Part shown: piece after piece, positions 62,311 to 64,000 of the stretch
Layout of the letters: each line of letters opens with the position of its first letter
How positions within the stretch are numbered: the first letter of the stretch is position 1
Assembly (NCBI GenBank): GCA_963765675.1
Contig: CAVXXK010000006.1
Span: 1 to 64,000 of the forward strand
Reading direction: 5' to 3'
Length of the DNA: 64,000 nt
From: an uncultured delta proteobacterium
GTDB taxonomy: Bacteria; Desulfobacterota; Binatia; Binatales; Binataceae
The notes under the pieces: model-generated
Told to the model about the DNA's origin: nothing
The model's input: the letters and a program-made list of their open reading frames with translations, nothing else
The model's database searches: none
Program-made: the position numbers and the translations under genes

Positions 62311-63411
62311 ATGAGACGACCATTGATTTTCGCAATTCTGGCGGGACTGGCCGCGGTCCTCGCAGCGATAATTGTATTTTCAGCCCTGAAGCGGCGGGAG
62401 GCGGAGGTGCAAAGGGCGTTGGCGAGCACGGTGGATATCGTGGTCGCTACGCGCGATCTGCATCTCGGAGAACGAATCGACGCGAGCGCGATCAAACTTG
62501 CGCGATGGCAGCGCGATAGCGTGCCTGCGGGCGCTTTCACCGATCCTCAGGCGGTGATCAATTCATTCGTCAGAATCGAGACCGTCGCGAGCGAGCCGGT
62601 TGTCGCCGCCAAGTTGTTCATGGGCGAGAAAACCGCCGGCGTGATGCCGCTTTTGATTCCCAACGGGATGCGGGCGATGGCCGTACCGGTCGATGAAGTC
62701 AGCGATATCGCGGGCTTCGTACAGCCGCGTGCGCACGTTGACGTGCTCGTGTCGGTGTCGGGTTCGGGCCGCGACGAGCCGTCATTCGCGAAGATGGTTC
62801 TGCAGGATGTCGAAGTCCTTGCGGTCGCACAGGAAATCGAAAAGAAGAACGACGATCCCGAGGAAGTCAAAGTCGTGACGCTGCTGGTGACTCCCGAGCA
62901 GTCGGAGAAGCTCGCGCTCGCAAGCCACGAGGGCCAGTTGCGCCTGTCGATGCGCAATTACACCGATAGCAAGATCATCGCGACCAACGGCGCCGAAATG
63001 CGCGATCTGAAGAGCTTCGATCAGCCCGCCATTCATATTCCCGATCAGGCGATGGTTGCGCCGCCCAGCGAACGACGCGTGCCGATCCGTACCCTGAACG
63101 TGCAGATCATGCGCGACGGCAAGTCGGCCGAATCAGTCTCGTTCGTCAAATCCGCGCCCGGCGCTCATAGCATGAGCATGATGCGCGCGCTGCCTCCTCC
63201 GGCATCGCCCACCATCGCGACAGGACCGACTGCCAGTGCGATTGCGCCTCCGGCGCGGGCTTCCGCATCGATCATGGCGCCCCCGATGCTGGCAAGGGCT
63301 CTGGGACCGGACGCGGACGATTCCGCGCCGCCGTCCGACGCGCCCGAGGCCCCGTCCAATCCACGTGCAGCCGGGTATGTCCCCGCACCCAAGACGATTG
63401 CGATTCCATGA
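62311..63411 (+). CDS. cpaB: Flp pilus assembly protein CpaB
   Basis: SAF domain (VVATRDL), GMRAMAVPVDEV..AGFVQP..VDVL and VTLLVTPEQSEKL. Confidence 0.92.
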   Translation: MRRPLIFAILAGLAAVLAAIIVFSALKRREAEVQRALASTVDIVVATRDLHLGERIDASAIKLARWQRDSVPAGAFTDPQAVINSFVRIETVASEPVVAAKLFMGEKTAGVMPLLIPNGMRAMAVPVDEVSDIAGFVQPRAHVDVLVSVSGSGRDEPSFAKMVLQDVEVLAVAQEIEKKNDDPEEVKVVTLLVTPEQSEKLALASHEGQLRLSMRNYTDSKIIATNGAEMRDLKSFDQPAIHIPDQAMVAPPSERRVPIRTLNVQIMRDGKSAESVSFVKSAPGAHSMSMMRALPPPASPTIATGPTASAIAPPARASASIMAPPMLARALGPDADDSAPPSDAPEAPSNPRAAGYVPAPKTIAIP

Positions 63412-63438
63412 CCCAAGCGAAACCAAAGGGGAGCAGCA

Positions 63439-64000
63439 ATGCAGTCTAGAGCATTATTCAGAAACAGATTCGGACTCTGGACGGTCGCGATCGCGTCTGC
63501 ATGGGCGATCGCGATCGCCGGAGCCCGTGCCTCTTTTGCCGACGGCGACAAACCTATCGCGCAGGTTCCGCTCACGATTACGGCCGGCGAAACCTACACC
63601 GTCGATAACCTGGCGCTCGGCAGCGTGCCTGCGGTGAAGGTGATCGAAAATCCGCACGCGCTGGTAATTCACTCGGAGATGCCGGGCAAGCTCATCTTGC
63701 TCGGTGCCGAGCGCGGCCGATGGATCGTCGTCGTCACCCGCGCCGACGGCAATCGAGCCGCTTATGACGTCATCGTGAACAGTGTCGCAACGCCCGGAGC
63801 GCCGCTCGAACCGGGCGAGAGTCCTCACGCGACCAATGGGGGACTCGCCGGCCCGCGTGCGGCCCAGTCGTCATCGTCGGCACCGTCGATGGGATTGGCC
63901 GCCGCGCCGCCGGTTTCTTTGCCGCCAAGCGAGGTCGTGCCGATCGCAGGCGCGAGCGCCGCGCATCCACCGACGGCAAATTCGCAGGTCTTCGGCTTTG
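63439..64000 (+). CDS. Probable CpaC/RcpA secretin, N-terminal part (truncated by window)
   Basis: Open frame from ATG 63439 to the edge with signal peptide and an N-domain pattern (LTITAGET...LILLGAERGR); follows cpaB. Confidence 0.6.
   Translation, partial: MQSRALFRNRFGLWTVAIASAWAIAIAGARASFADGDKPIAQVPLTITAGETYTVDNLALGSVPAVKVIENPHALVIHSEMPGKLILLGAERGRWIVVVTRADGNRAAYDVIVNSVATPGAPLEPGESPHATNGGLAGPRAAQSSSSAPSMGLAAAPPVSLPPSEVVPIAGASAAHPPTANSQVFGF

Overview
High-GC bacterial chromosome segment. Gene content (DUF1329 pair, amidohydrolase, HsaA-like monooxygenase, sulfotransferase arrays) resembles Candidatus Binatota or related soil lineages; this is inference only. Left to right: (1) the right end of an integrative element at tRNA-Glu (PIN toxin/Phd antitoxin, XRE plus ImmA/IrrE protease, excisionase, tyrosine integrase whose ORF runs into the antisense tRNA). 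(2) A stress and trehalose cluster (PPK2, ackA, CsbD, BON, glgX-treY-treZ, nucleotidyltransferase, DUF6496, DUF1328, Nramp) with several sigma54-type -24/-12 promoters. (3) Oxidoreductases and a secreted beta-helix protein. (4) A pair of unrecognised, mutually homologous 4-Cys proteins behind a structured leader. (5) Tandem DUF1329 cassettes with shared leaders, terminators and repeats. (6) An XRE/MmyB regulon with three copies of a 17-bp operator. (7) A dense mosaic of REP-like repeats. (8) A CYTH-like gene with two short chromate transporters, and gabT. (9) An array of 3 sulfotransferases and 3 GT2 glycosyltransferases, then a sensor-less sigma54 activator and tRNA-Lys. (10) Metal efflux genes, TetR/MdtABC and the start of a Tad pilus locus. 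Several frameshifts (PIN, ImmA, DUF1329 copy 2, TetR) may be sequencing indels.
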